Assembly (NCBI GenBank): GCA_964304625.1 | Contig: OZ199838.1 | Span: 7,955,350 to 8,019,349, forward strand | Source of the DNA: Kudoa neothunni | Taxonomy: Eukaryota > Animalia > Cnidaria | Direction of reading: 5' to 3' | Length of the DNA: 64,000 bases | Part shown: in pieces, positions 25,380 to 37,420 of the stretch | How the letters are laid out: each line of letters starts with the position of its first letter | How positions within the stretch are numbered: position 1 is the first letter of the stretch | The notes under the pieces: model-generated | What the model saw: only the letters and a program-made list of their open reading frames with translations | Told to the model about the DNA's origin: nothing | Database searches by the model: none | Program-made: the position numbers and the translations under genes

Positions 25380-28368
25380 GTGTTCATTCTGATAAATTTT
25401 TAGCATGTTTTTTTAAGATCAATTTTTGCGTTACGTGGGCTTTAAGAATTATTAAAATTTTTTGACAGTATCTTGCGTTTGGTGAACTTCTATTGAAGAC
25501 ATTTTATACTTGAAATAAAGCATTGTTCCAAGTATACAATTATCTACTCGAAGATTTCTCGTAACGAAATCTGTAACGATTAAATTCCATTTTTTTTCAA
25601 TTTGCAAAACCTCCGTGTTGGGGTTGGGTATCGTGACCAACTGTACGATATCTGTCAAGGAAACCGTTAACGATTTCAAGGGAACCAGAATCATCAGGCG
25701 GACCTACTCCGATTGCCAATAAGTGAATAATGCGGTTAACCACGAAACGGTACACCTGGGACTTGGGTAAAATTCACATAGGAATACCCAAAGGTGAATG
25801 TACACATGTTTGGCAATCGGGTGTAGGGTCCGCCTCACAGATGCGTTATTTTGGCCTAACATTGCCATTCTCTCTTTTTTTGAGTCTTCTTCATTTTTTT
25901 CTCTCTTGTATTGAATAACAAAATCGAATTGTTTCATGGAAATGATCCATCTGGCGATTCTACCATGGCTATCTTTCGATTTGAAAAGGTACGTCAATAG
26001 ATTGTGGTCGGTAATCACTGTGAATTTGTTCCCCAATAAGTATTTTCGAAATACTTTGATTGCATAAACTATTGCTAGAGCCTCTTTTTCGTATGTGGAA
26101 TAGCGCTTTTCTTGGTCGTTCAAAGTTCGACTTGCATATTCGATAACAACTTTGTTCCCACAATTCGTTTGCTCTAACACAACACCAATGGCAAAGTTTG
26201 AGGCATCCGTCGACACATAAAAAGGTTCAATTAGCTTTGGAAATGACAGAATTGGTGGAGAAATGAGGCATCTGTTCAATTTATCAAAGCTATTTTGATG
26301 TTTATCTTCCTATGTATACTTGATGTTATTCTTACACAATGAGTACAAGTCTGACGCAACATAAGAAAATCCTGCAATATGTTTTCTACAATAGTTTGCT
26401 AGGCCAAGGAAAGATCTGAGTTCTTTCTGATTCTTTGGCGTAGGGAAGTTTTCGATGATCTTTGTCTTTTCTCTATCAACACTTATTCCACTTTTAGATA
26501 GTTCATGTCCAAGGTATTTCACTTTTTTTCATTGAAAACACATTTCTGTTCATTAACCCTCAAATTGTGTTGATTTAACATTGAGAATATTTTCTCAAGA
26601 TGCATCAAGTGTTCACTTTCAGACGTTGAAAAAACAATAATATCGTCAAGATGTACATAGCAAAACTTTCCTATATATTTTTGGAAAATGTGTGTCATCG
26701 TTCTTTGAAAGAGGGCGGGAGTATTCACGAGACCAAAAGGAATTATTTTAAATTCGAAATGCCCTTGGTGAGTTGAAAAAGCAGTTTTATATCTGCTACT
26801 TTGCTCCAATTCTAGGTGCCAATATCCACTCTTCAAATCAATCGTAGAAAATACACTCGCATTTGACATGCTAGCAAATACATCAGACGGATTCGGAATA
26901 GGGAATTGCTCTTTCTCAGTGACTAGATTCAGTTTTCTATAGTCCACGCAAAGTCTATATTCGCCACACTTTTTCTTTACCCTAACAATAGGGGAATTGC
27001 ACGAACTATTACTTCGGCACATCACTCCATTTTCCAAAATTTTTTCGGCTTGGACATCAATTTCGTGACGTAACTTGAATGGTTGAAATCTTGGTGGAAC
27101 ATAAATATAATTCTCAGAAGTTTTAATCATCATTTTTGGTAATTCTTTGGATGTTGAATGTAATTTTTGATCAAAAATATTGGAGTATTTATGTTTCAAT
27201 CGCGTGATATCAATCATATTTCTATTTATTTGACCACAAAGATTCGTATATGACATTTCTGATAATGTCTCTACCAGTGATACAATTGTACACAAGTCCG
27301 TCAACAACCACAAGTTTGCAGTTTCGTGTCACACCAAAAAGTTTTATATCAGAGTTAACTTCACCAACAACTGTAATCGGCAAATTATTAGCAGTATAAA
27401 GGCGTGTGCAACATTTTTTTAGTTTCGATGGGTCAACAATTTTTGCAGATATCAAAGAGCACCCAGAGCCAATATCTAAGAGTGCGTTTACTTTTCGGTT
27501 AAACAGTGTCAGCTCAACACAAAATTCATTCCTTTGACATAATACATTATCATTTTCACTACTGTCAATAAGATTATTGATATTTCTCTTGGATCTACAG
27601 AATTTTGCAATGTGTCCAAGTTTCCCACACGACATTTAAGTTTTTTATAGCAATCATTTGCTACAGCTACATGGTTGGGTTTTCCACAAACGGAACATAA
27701 CGGTCTTCTGTCACTTCTTTTGATAGCATTAACATCATCAATATTATCAGTTGTGGAATCAATGTATAGCTGTACTTTTTCGACAAATGTCCTGAGGTCA
27801 TGATTGATCTCAGTCGCAACGATTGGTTTATAGACAGCTGGCACGAGTCGTAAAAGCTTTGGTCTAATGAAAAAAATTTGATCCTTTATCGTGGCATTTG
27901 GTTTGGCTTCGCATATCAACTGCATCAACCTGGTGGCATAGAGTTTGACATCCTCCTCAGGTAGTTTTGACGCTTCCACGAATTCCGTCCAAATCCTTTC
28001 AGGACGTCTCAAAGATTTTTTATATTCATTTAGACATAATTTGAGAGCGTTGAAGGCTCCCAGCTCCATCTTGGACACTTCTGTAGGTATTACTTGGCTG
28101 CAAATGCTTTTTGGTATGCATAAAAGCAAATAGGCGTACGCTTGTTCAGCCGCTAAATTTTCAAGAAGAATCATAGCTTCCACTTCCTCTAATTGAGGTT
28201 CAATGAGTTTGTTTATTTTCATTTTTCTACCAATATAATTTTTTTTTAACCCTGTCACCAATATAAGACAGCGAAAGAAGACACAATTTGAAATAAGACA
28301 ACAGGATTAACAAATCAACAAATATTTAGTACTGTTATTGTAAACATACTTATTTGTTAATCCTTACA
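25380..28368 (-). mobile_element. Ty3/Gypsy LTR retrotransposon, decayed: 5' LTR (28262-28368), PBS, gag, protease, RT, RNase H; integrase largely deleted; no 3' LTR found
   Basis: Zn knuckles CSVCGKPNH and CGKLGHIAKFC; protease ALLDIGSGCSLI; RT YRLCVDYRKLN, YVHLDDIIVFS; RNase H TDASNFAIGVVL, YSTYEKEALAIV; PBS TGGTGACAG at 28260; left boundary approximate. Confidence 0.92.
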
Positions 28369-28370
28369 CA

Positions 28371-28736
28371 TATAATAAAATTAAAGATATTCCTGTTGAC
28401 CCTTCATATCAACACCCTACGGTGAATCATTCCAAAAATTTTAAAGACGCAGTAACTAGAGTCCACACGAACCATGTGGAATGTTACTGGAAGAATTGTA
28501 AGAGAAAATTCAAAAGGATGGCAGGGGTCCAAACTGCCACTCTCGCAAGTCATCATAATGAGTCTACGTGGCGTGAAATGTACACCTGTGGTGATGTGTC
28601 AGCTATGAATAATATTCTAACTCAGATATCATTAGAAACTATCTTTTAGTATTTAGATTTGTACCTATTTATTGCAATCGCAAATATAAGATTAACGGAT
28701 TATTATCGGATTACGCGGGGTCCACAATTCGACACC
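28371..28736 (+). mobile_element. Merlin 3' fragment
   Basis: VNHSKNFKDAVTRVHTNHVECYWKNCKRKF, the ISXO2-type C-terminal motif. Confidence 0.75.
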
Positions 28737-28869
28737 AGTGTCCTTTTCTCATTAAAAAAATGTCGTAAAATTTTCTAAACGGAAGAAACATGAGTTCTTC
28801 TCAAGACGGAGGACGAAGCACCATATTAGAGAGATTACCATTAACGATTGTAATCTCTCTATTATGACG

Positions 28870-29400
28870 TTGGATTAGGGTGGTCCCAAAAACCCATACC
28901 AGAGATTTGCATGGTTTTTCTCCTCCATTGGAGTTAAAGTAAAAACTCATCTATGGCACTTTGAACAATTTCTCCGTTATCGTTGATACTTGATGTTCGG
29001 TTTTTGGAGAAATTCGATATTTTATGACGTTCCATGTATCTTCGAAGGGATTTGTCGAATGTCCCAATTATAAAATCGAGTTGCGTTGATTTAACTCCAA
29101 TCAACCGATAGTATCAAAATTCAATCACCTCATTTATTGATAACTTGCGCAAAGAAGAGAAAGTAGCATTGAAAAAGGATATTTTTTATACAACGCCATT
29201 GTTTGCGATCTACAGAGAATCCAATGTTTCCACAGTGAATACAATGGCTTGGTTTGTTTATTATCCGTTCATCCAATAGGAATTTTATTGCAGCATCTTC
29301 AGAATAGAAAATATTCGACAATTTCTTTACAGGAGGAATAATTTTTAATAGGAAAGACGGGGAGTCGCGGCGGTTTAGAGGCCCTTATGTGCAAAGCCAG
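28870..29400 (-). mobile_element. Merlin remnant
   Basis: N-terminal IFYSEDAAIKFLLDERII...CIHCG...WRC zinc-ribbon; internally deleted; boundaries approximate. Confidence 0.55.
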
Positions 29401-29666
29401 CCAATATTGGATGTTTTGAAATTATAAATAATGACTTACACAATAAACAACATCTCATTGGAGTAGTCTTCTACCTCAAATTGATTAAGAAGTTAACATA
29501 CGATGATCGGAAAAATTCGTAACTTTTTCCCGGCAAATTATAACGTTGAAAAATATAGCATTAAAGCGGAAAAAATATAAACTATTTAGAATTTAAATTA
29601 TATACACAACGAAAGGAGGAAAACTAGAATTAAGTCATATGCGTGAGAACATGCGCAGTAACGAGG

Positions 29667-30896
29667 ATGGACAATCCGTGGTCTTTCAACTGGGGAAAGC
29701 ATTATAGACATTCGTTTGGAACTCGCTTTAAAAAATATCCAAGGCGTACAAAGAAACAAGAAAAATTTTCCAGAAAGTTAATTAAATCTCCGGCTATTAA
29801 AACAAACACAGAAACTCTTCAGTTTTCAAAAGAAATTAATATCGAATTTAATGCAAGAGATCCAGTTGAATCCGATTTCCGCGGAATAAAAATATTCCTT
29901 GATCGGGTTCGCATAATTATAATATTTTCATTATTTATAAATACATTTTAGCTGTTTATTGGTTCTTCAATAAATACAATAGCACTTACACGGCAAATAA
30001 TACAAGAGTCTGATGCGTCCCTTGTGCTTACGGTAAATTTGAAGCGCTTATCATTATTTCGATACAATATAGAGCGACGATGATGACCAAATATTCGGAT
30101 GTACTGCCGTAATATCATTGAACTCATCCCAAGTAATCCGTTAAATATGTATATGTGACGATATTTTCTTAAATAGAATGATAACGAAGAGTGGATTAAA
30201 ACCCGTAGAAAAATTTTAAAGAAAATCAGTGGGGTTCTAAAACCTAAAATGGATTCGGAAATGAGTTTAAAAAATCAACGAGTAGCTCTTGTTTTGAATG
30301 AAAGAATGATTAACATACCACCGCACATTTCACCTTTCATATTCAGCTCGATTAGGTTGCTTTTTAAATTATTAGAAATCAAAATTTACCCCGTTTTGGC
30401 TTGTTTAGTCATGAACTTAATAATGCAAAATCGGAGGTAAAATCCAGTAAAGATACATCATCGATTTCATTATTGCTTAGAGTCCTAACAATGCATTTGA
30501 CCTTTATGTAATTATAAGCAAAACCATTTATAGCAAACAGAAAAGGGAAGTGATAGAATTTTTAAACGAAGAAGAGGGCTTACTATACAAGGTATAGAAG
30601 AATTCAGAATTTAATATTAACTAAAAATATAACGTGTTATTTCACGTAGATGGCAACATCTAATTCTACTGGGTTCTTTTTTGTAACCGAGTTTACTGGA
30701 CCAGTATCGATTGGCGAAGAAAATGACGACGAAAAATCTGATAACAGCATAGAATGTTCTCGTCATATCTACCTCCTTGAGAAAAGTCAGTTTTTCAAGG
30801 GAGTTAGTGAGGTATTAAATTTTTATTAACAATTTCAAATAACGCTTGTTAAAGATCGAGTCTCTACGTTCAAATATTGAGAAAGATGCTATTTGA
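29667..30896 (+). CDS. BCCIP: BCCIP/Bcp1 homologue, multi-exon
   Basis: INIEFNARDPVESDFRGIKIFLDR|LF..., DDDDQIFGCTAVISL, VALVLNERMINIPPHIS, IEFLNEEEG; predicted last exon IESLRSNIEKDAI*. Confidence 0.88.
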
Positions 30897-32932
30897 ATAG
30901 ATTTTTAATATTATTTTTGTCCATAATTTTAGTATTATATGAATCTTGTAAATCTTTGGCAACATGGTAGTCTTCATGCTCAAATACATCCATGTATTTT
31001 ACGTTCTTAGAGCATTTCTCACATACAATGGTAGGCGCCATTGTTTCAGAGCAGTCACTAAATGAAAATATAGACTTGAAATAGCTGTAGCATTAGTCAC
31101 AAATTTTCCATTGACGTAACATCATTAGATAAATCATTAAGAGAAACTTGGGTACGCTTCTGTGTTTTAAATACTGTAATTGGTATAGTGTTTGAGGTAA
31201 TAGGCCGATTGTGGGCAGAGGAAGGATAAACCTCAGAATCGTAAATAGGTACAAATTTAGTAAAGTTAACAAATATAGCGGACAAAGGCGGTTCCCTAAT
31301 TAATGATGACGATTTAGTTTATGATAGTGGTAAATACCAAATAGTGATGTTGTGTGATGAACTGAATTGTTTTAACGTTTCATAAGCCTTTTTGGCAATA
31401 TCCTGCTTGGGAAGGATGTTGTTCTTAATTGTTCCTCTAAGGTTTATTGTTCTGCTGTGTCTATCTCCTTTACGTGTAACAATTCCAACAACTAAAGATG
31501 TAGGATATCGTTTATACTAAAATAGGTTTAAATAGTAAAATATAAAACATTCCAGTCAAGAGTTACTGTGTTCATATCGGAGGTTAATCGTGTATTGAGT
31601 TCTTCGCCAAATTGGTCCAACTTTTCTTTAACCTATACCACAAGTTTTTAAATGAAACGAAATACAACTTGCCTGACTGATTTTAGTGATCCTATCACCA
31701 AGTTTTTTACTGCAACCTATGGAAGATGCCATGTGCCGAATCTTGACTTTGTCGTGGCAGATTCCTCGGCAGATATCATAAACCCATTGACTAAATTTTC
31801 AAATGACGAAAATTATTTAAAACATTCTTTGTTACCCGGTTCTGTCTCCATATTTTTGACGAAGAATTTCAGCAGAAACCGATACAGCTTGGCCGATATA
31901 CTTTATATTGAAATCTCTTTTAATACTTTCACCCAATTTTCCACCCAAATTTCGTCTAAACATAGTCAATTAAGAGAATATTTTCTTAACACGCTAAATT
32001 AAAAATGGGTCCATATCTCCTATGTGTTCATAGAAGAGGTAGTAAAAATTAATACTAATGAAATGAATTCCCACGATGGCATCTAGTCAACACATGACAG
32101 AAAAATATAAAAAAAATATTGGCTAATTTCGTTATTGGTCATTAGGAACCATTTTATTAGAGGATAGAAATTACATATGTTTTATATCGGTTCGAGAAAG
32201 CAAATTTGGTATAAAATCATCAAGTAAGAGAGTTTGTTTCCCCGGTTTATTCATATTGGATACAAGCTTTGCTAGAACCTGCCACAAATCAAACTAACAG
32301 CTAGCAGCAGCAAAGTGATATCATATCTATACTTTATTCCTTGCTATACCAGCCGAACAGGTGTACCCAGTTTTATCAAATATAGCTTTTCGTATACGAT
32401 TAGTTATAACAGCTCCAACGGCTAGTCTCAAACAATGTTGGTCATTTGTGAGCAAAAGTTCAAGGTCAGATTCGTTGGCCGATTTGTGGCTTAAAATAAC
32501 ACTCTCTGATGAAATTTTTGCTGTCAGCAAATTCTCATCAATCACATCAATTTCATTATCAATAAGCAAATTTAAATCAATAAATGCTTCGTCAATACTA
32601 GCCCTTTCGTAGTGGTCGGTAAATGTTTGAATAACGCTAAATACTCTGTCACTGGCTTCTCGAAATTCCGTAAGATCAGCTCTTCCATCCTTTTCGTTAA
32701 CATAAAAGATTTTAAGGTTTGGGCATATCTTTTGGGCATCGGTTAATCGCATAATTTTATTAACGCCATAACTACGCGCTATGTAATTTGAAGCTAACAA
32801 CCCTCCGCCAGTATATTGGCTTACTGCACAAGGTAATTTTCTGGCTTCGGGTTCCTTTTCTTGTTTTACCTGAACGTAGAAACAATCCATATCGATAAGC
32901 GCTACAATATCGTAAACACCGCCCGAGCTCAT
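30889..32932 (-). CDS. POLH: Y-family DNA polymerase eta, multi-exon
   Basis: ALIDMDCFYVQV, ERASIDEAFIDL, TCSAGIARNKVLAKL, IRNLGGKLGE, SIGCSK; C-terminal UBZ CEKC...EHEDYHVAKDLQ and a PIP-like NIKNLFK*. Confidence 0.95.
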
Positions 32933-33087
32933 TTTATCATATTAGTCAATGTTCGTCTCGCGCTAAACCCATTAATCTACTGTCGTTAAACTTCCTTTTT
33001 ATTTAATTTCATTATACTCTACTAAAATATTTAACCTATACAACTTAGATAATTTTATTAATAATATTTGCGCCATAAGCTGCACTA

Positions 33088-35896
33088 GGTAATGGTAAAG
33101 TATGTGACTCCAGAAAAACACCATCTTGCGCACGTTTTTTCTCGTTTTTTCTTTTTACGATTATCAATAATAAATCAAAAGAATATAGTGTGCAAATATT
33201 GAGCTAAAAGTAATTACTTCTAAATTTTTGCCTAATTCCTATTCGACAACAGTCGGATGCACGTGTAATCTACATCGTTTTGCAATAAACACTGGAAAAT
33301 AGCTTATTATTTGCTTATTTCACAAATTATCCAAAATTTATATTTTATATTATTTTTATTAGCAATGGTATTAAATTTTTCTGCATTTATTTATCACGTG
33401 AAAACCGCTATAATGGAGCTTTTAGGTTTTAGAGGAGACGATGACTTTTTCTGTTTAATTAATGACCATGATAGTTTTTTTTTCATCTTAGTAGTAAGGG
33501 GGCTATCGAAAAGCTGCCCCAGAAAGATGTTTTAAGTGTTGGAATTATAAAACCTTTACTTTAAAAAAGGGAAAAAATAAATGTAAGGGAGACCAATTGA
33601 CCGATACTTCGTGTTACAGTAGAAGCAACATTGATTATTCTTTCACTTACAACTGTAAAAAGTACTTATCTTCTGTGAAATAACGACTTAATGTAATTAA
33701 GGTGTAAAACTAGTGTTTCCCCTCGAAATGGTACCTTTTTCTCTATGGGTTCTGTTGTATTTTTTAAATTACGCTTGAATAAGACACACACTTAAACGAC
33801 ACAACACCTCGTGATTATTGTTTTATAAACAATTAATGTTATTTTCAATAAAGGATTACAGGTTCCGTTACCTCAACAACAAAATCAACGATAAAAAAAT
33901 ATTTAAAATACTTTATAACTGTTCGATGGACAATACCATTATGTCGACCGGTTAGATGATAAATATTTCCAAACCTACCACTTCTTCATGGTTTCGCAAG
34001 ATTAGAAAAGTATGCGTATCAAGTTTTGATTGAGGAGCGACAAAAATTTGGTGGAGAAGATTACGTCATCGAAAATGATGAGACTCTTCTTCACGGCAAG
34101 AGGAAGCAAAATCAAGGGAGATACGGGGATCGTGTGGACGGCCCTTGGGTTTTCGGACTTTGTTTTTGCAAAATGGGCAACGATGGGAAAAGGCAGCTCA
34201 TGGAAGGCCGTTATTTCTACGTCCAGAAAAGAGACTAGGGAACTCTTATTCCAATCATCCAAAATGAGGTTCTTAAAGGATCTATCGTTTATAGCGATGA
34301 ATGGAGAGCCTATAGTAACCTGAATTCACTTGGTTATAGGCATATAAAAATCAATCACTCAATTGAATATGTCAGAGACGGTGCCCATACAAACACCGTA
34401 GAAGCTTGTTAGGGGAGACTTAAAACAAAGTTTCTCGGAATTAAACGGGGTGTTTCATTCCATAATTTTCCCGAATATTTGTGGGAGAAAAATTTCAACT
34501 TTTAAATAATATACTGACAAAAATTATGTTACTATATTAATGTAGTTATTAATAAGTCTATCACATTTTATATAAATGCATTTTTATTTGTTGAATTTAA
34601 TGTAATAAATGTCAGAGGACGTATAATTAGAAATTTTAAATTGGAAGTTAGATATGTAAATAATAAATTTTTTGTGTTAAATTTTTCGAGTAAAAATAAA
34701 TCAGGTTAATTCAAATTTATTTAAAATGAATACATTTGATAGTTCTATTCACGGGAATATTAAAACTGGGAGAAAAATTAAACGTATGAATTTTCATACA
34801 ACTGGTCATAAGTAAGTATGTTGCATAACACTCCAACTGCGCGTTCATAGCATGGTAGGTGCTGCAAAGAATAATTTGGGCATAAAAAATAAACTAAAAT
34901 TATAAACTATTATTTTGTATTAATGTCTTTCTTCGATGTTGTAGCCATAAATATCAAAATACGATTAATATAATTATTGTCAGTTTCAATTTCTCGAGTA
35001 GTTGGTGTATACAAATTTTTTCACTAATAACTGTTGAGTCATGGGAACTTCGACTTTCTGCGTGAGAAAAGTTAAACTAGTTTCCCATTCAAATGTTCCG
35101 TGGGAGAATAAGAGTACAAGTCGGGAAATATATGGTTGTCGGTAATTTCGATTTCTACGGCTGACAAGTTGGTCCTATGACCCGTTTTCCCTCCAAAGAT
35201 AACCAACAACAGTTCCTCCACAATTTGGTACATGGGAATACGGCGAATATGGACCACAGCAATGAACGATGACGAAATACTACTTTCCCACGGAACCCTC
35301 GCTGCACTAGTCATTTTTCCTCACCGCATCGAATTCTGGAACTGGCGCTCCTCGCTGTATTTAAGCCATATAATTTTCCCACTTTTTCAATTTCTCTCTT
35401 GTGTTCTTACTTGGATCTCTTTTTCTTTTGCGAACCTTACTGGATCCAACAATAACAATGTACAAATAAAAATTTATAAACTAAAATAAACAATTATAGA
35501 TGTGACTAAATGTTTTAAAAGTTAATTTGACATTTAGAAATAAAGATAGACGACACATTATTTCTTAATATCAGATAAGCTTATTTAGAAGGTTTACTAG
35601 CCTAAATTTGGTATGAAAAGCTTAAGAAAATTTAAATAATGGTTATCATGTACTAATCAGGATAAAATATGCAAATAATAAGCTATTTTCCAGTGTTTAT
35701 TGCAAAACGATGTAGATTACACGTGCATCCGACTGTTGTCGAATAGGAATTAGGCAAAAATTTAGAAGTAATTACTTTTAGCTCAATATTTGCACACTAT
35801 ATTCTTTTGATTTATTATTGATAATCGTAAAAGAAAAAACGAGAAAAAACGTGCGCAAGATGGTGTTTTTCTGGAGTCACATACTTTACCATTACC
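33088..35896 (+). mobile_element. Long-TIR (~226 bp) element carrying a decayed Merlin transposase
   Basis: TIR GGTAATGGTAAAGTATGTGACTCC...; 9-bp TSD GCTGCACTA / ACTGCATTA (7/9); GGEDYVIENDET...WVFG, YSDEWRAY, HTNTVE fragments at ~33950-34480. Confidence 0.85.
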
Positions 35897-36692
35897 ACTG
35901 CATTATCATATTCCAATATGAATAAAAACGATCCATAAATGACCTTATGAAAATTAATCAAAATGATTACAAAAATAAACGATCTGTAACGATATAATTC
36001 GAGACATGGAAAATAATTTTATCGGCACGAAGCGATAACGAAATCGGTTGCTGCACTCGTGCTACACGGTTCGTACCGATTGCTCTGCCGTGATTATGCG
36101 ACGAGTTATTTGCGGGTCTGGTTCGATCCAATGATTTCTTAATAAGAGTCGAACCCAACTAGAGGCTGAGTAAAGCTTTCGGGTGCTATTTTTAAGAGTT
36201 ATTTCTTTTAATTCCCCGTTGATGCATATTTTACTGTTACTTTTCTCCTTCAAATTATATACTATGAAACGTATATAACTCAATTGGAGATATATAAAAC
36301 CCTCCTCAAGTGTAGTGATAGCTTCTTAGTCTATCATAAGGGTTGGAGGAATATTTCTTGCTTTTAAATGAATAATTATTTAATTTAAAGTATGTCGTAA
36401 ATATTGTTTTGTTTTGATTGAGATTATTGTGTGGTTTGTCTTACGGGCTTTCTTTTAAATGCTAAGTTTATGCGTCCTGTATTCTGTTCACCTGGATAAT
36501 CAAGAATTACAAGGGTTCAATTAGCCATCTCAATAACTTTCATTTTCCCAGTAAATTAACCCATTCAAATATTTTTGCTCCTTGTTTTCTGGGAGCGAGT
36601 ATATAAATTTTTGATGTTGGCTACATGTAGGTTTGGGTTATTAGCGAGATCAGGTCAAAACTAAAGTCTCTAAAGTGCGTGGACGCGATTAA

Positions 36693-36824
36693 CCTTCCGA
36701 GTGATTCTGGGGTCTAATAGACCCCAGAGCCTGTTGGAATGATATTTTAGTGCATTTCCTGGTGTAGAGAGCGTTAAATATACCTTATATTTTTCCGAAA
36801 ATATTACTTTTCTATAATGTTTAA
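36693..36824 (+). mobile_element. Lone piggyBac-type terminus
   Basis: TTAA|CCTTCCGAGTG followed by the palindrome CTGGGGTCTAATAGACCCCAG. Confidence 0.5.
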
Positions 36825-36828
36825 TTAA

Positions 36829-37350
36829 CCTTCTAAAGTCACTGGAAGATTTACACCCTCCGAGTAAAATTGGGGTATTTTTACACCCCACATTTTTTTT
36901 AAACCAAACGATTAAGAATTTTTATCTATTAAATTTGAAATTATAGACCAATATTTCTAGCTACGCATGAACAGCGCACGCGCATAAACGAAATTGATCA
37001 CATTGTAGAAGTAGAGTGTTATTGACAATACGTTTAAGATTCTATTTTAGGAAAACTTTTAAGTAGCATTATAATTATTTTGTCAAATGAACGAACAAAA
37101 GAATAATAATAATAATAATAAGATAAAATTGACAATTATCGGTTAAAACAAATGCGACGTTTGTGCCTCATCTTGCTGCAAATTCCATTCCAATCATATT
37201 TGTTTTATTTGTTTAAATCGATAAATATACTTCAAAATTATCAAAAATAATTATTTTCTAATTCTTAATCGTTTGGTTTAAAAAAAATGTGGGGTGTAAA
37301 AATACCCCAATTTTACTCAGAGGGTGGAAATTTTGCAGTGACTTAGAAGG
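36829..37350. mobile_element. piggyBac-family MITE (522 bp)
   Basis: ~90-bp TIRs CCTTCTAAAGTCACTG...; TTAA on both sides (36825-36828 and 37351-37354). Confidence 0.9.
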
Positions 37351-37420
37351 TTAATCATTTACATACGAAACAGCAGAAAAAAATAAAGGAAAGAATAAAG
37401 TTCCAATTTTCAATACAATG

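Noticed and set aside
36305-36315. TCAAGTGTAGT match to the U2 snRNA branch-point region (U2 gene or U2-guiding H/ACA RNA)
   Set aside because: The flanks do not match U2, the second guide arm is not complementary, and there is no correctly placed H or ACA box.
36651-36662. CAGGTCAAAACT similarity to SRP RNA, and a nearby GGTTCGATCC T-loop-like motif at 36120
   Set aside because: No SRP helix-8 motif upstream and no tRNA cloverleaf can be built.
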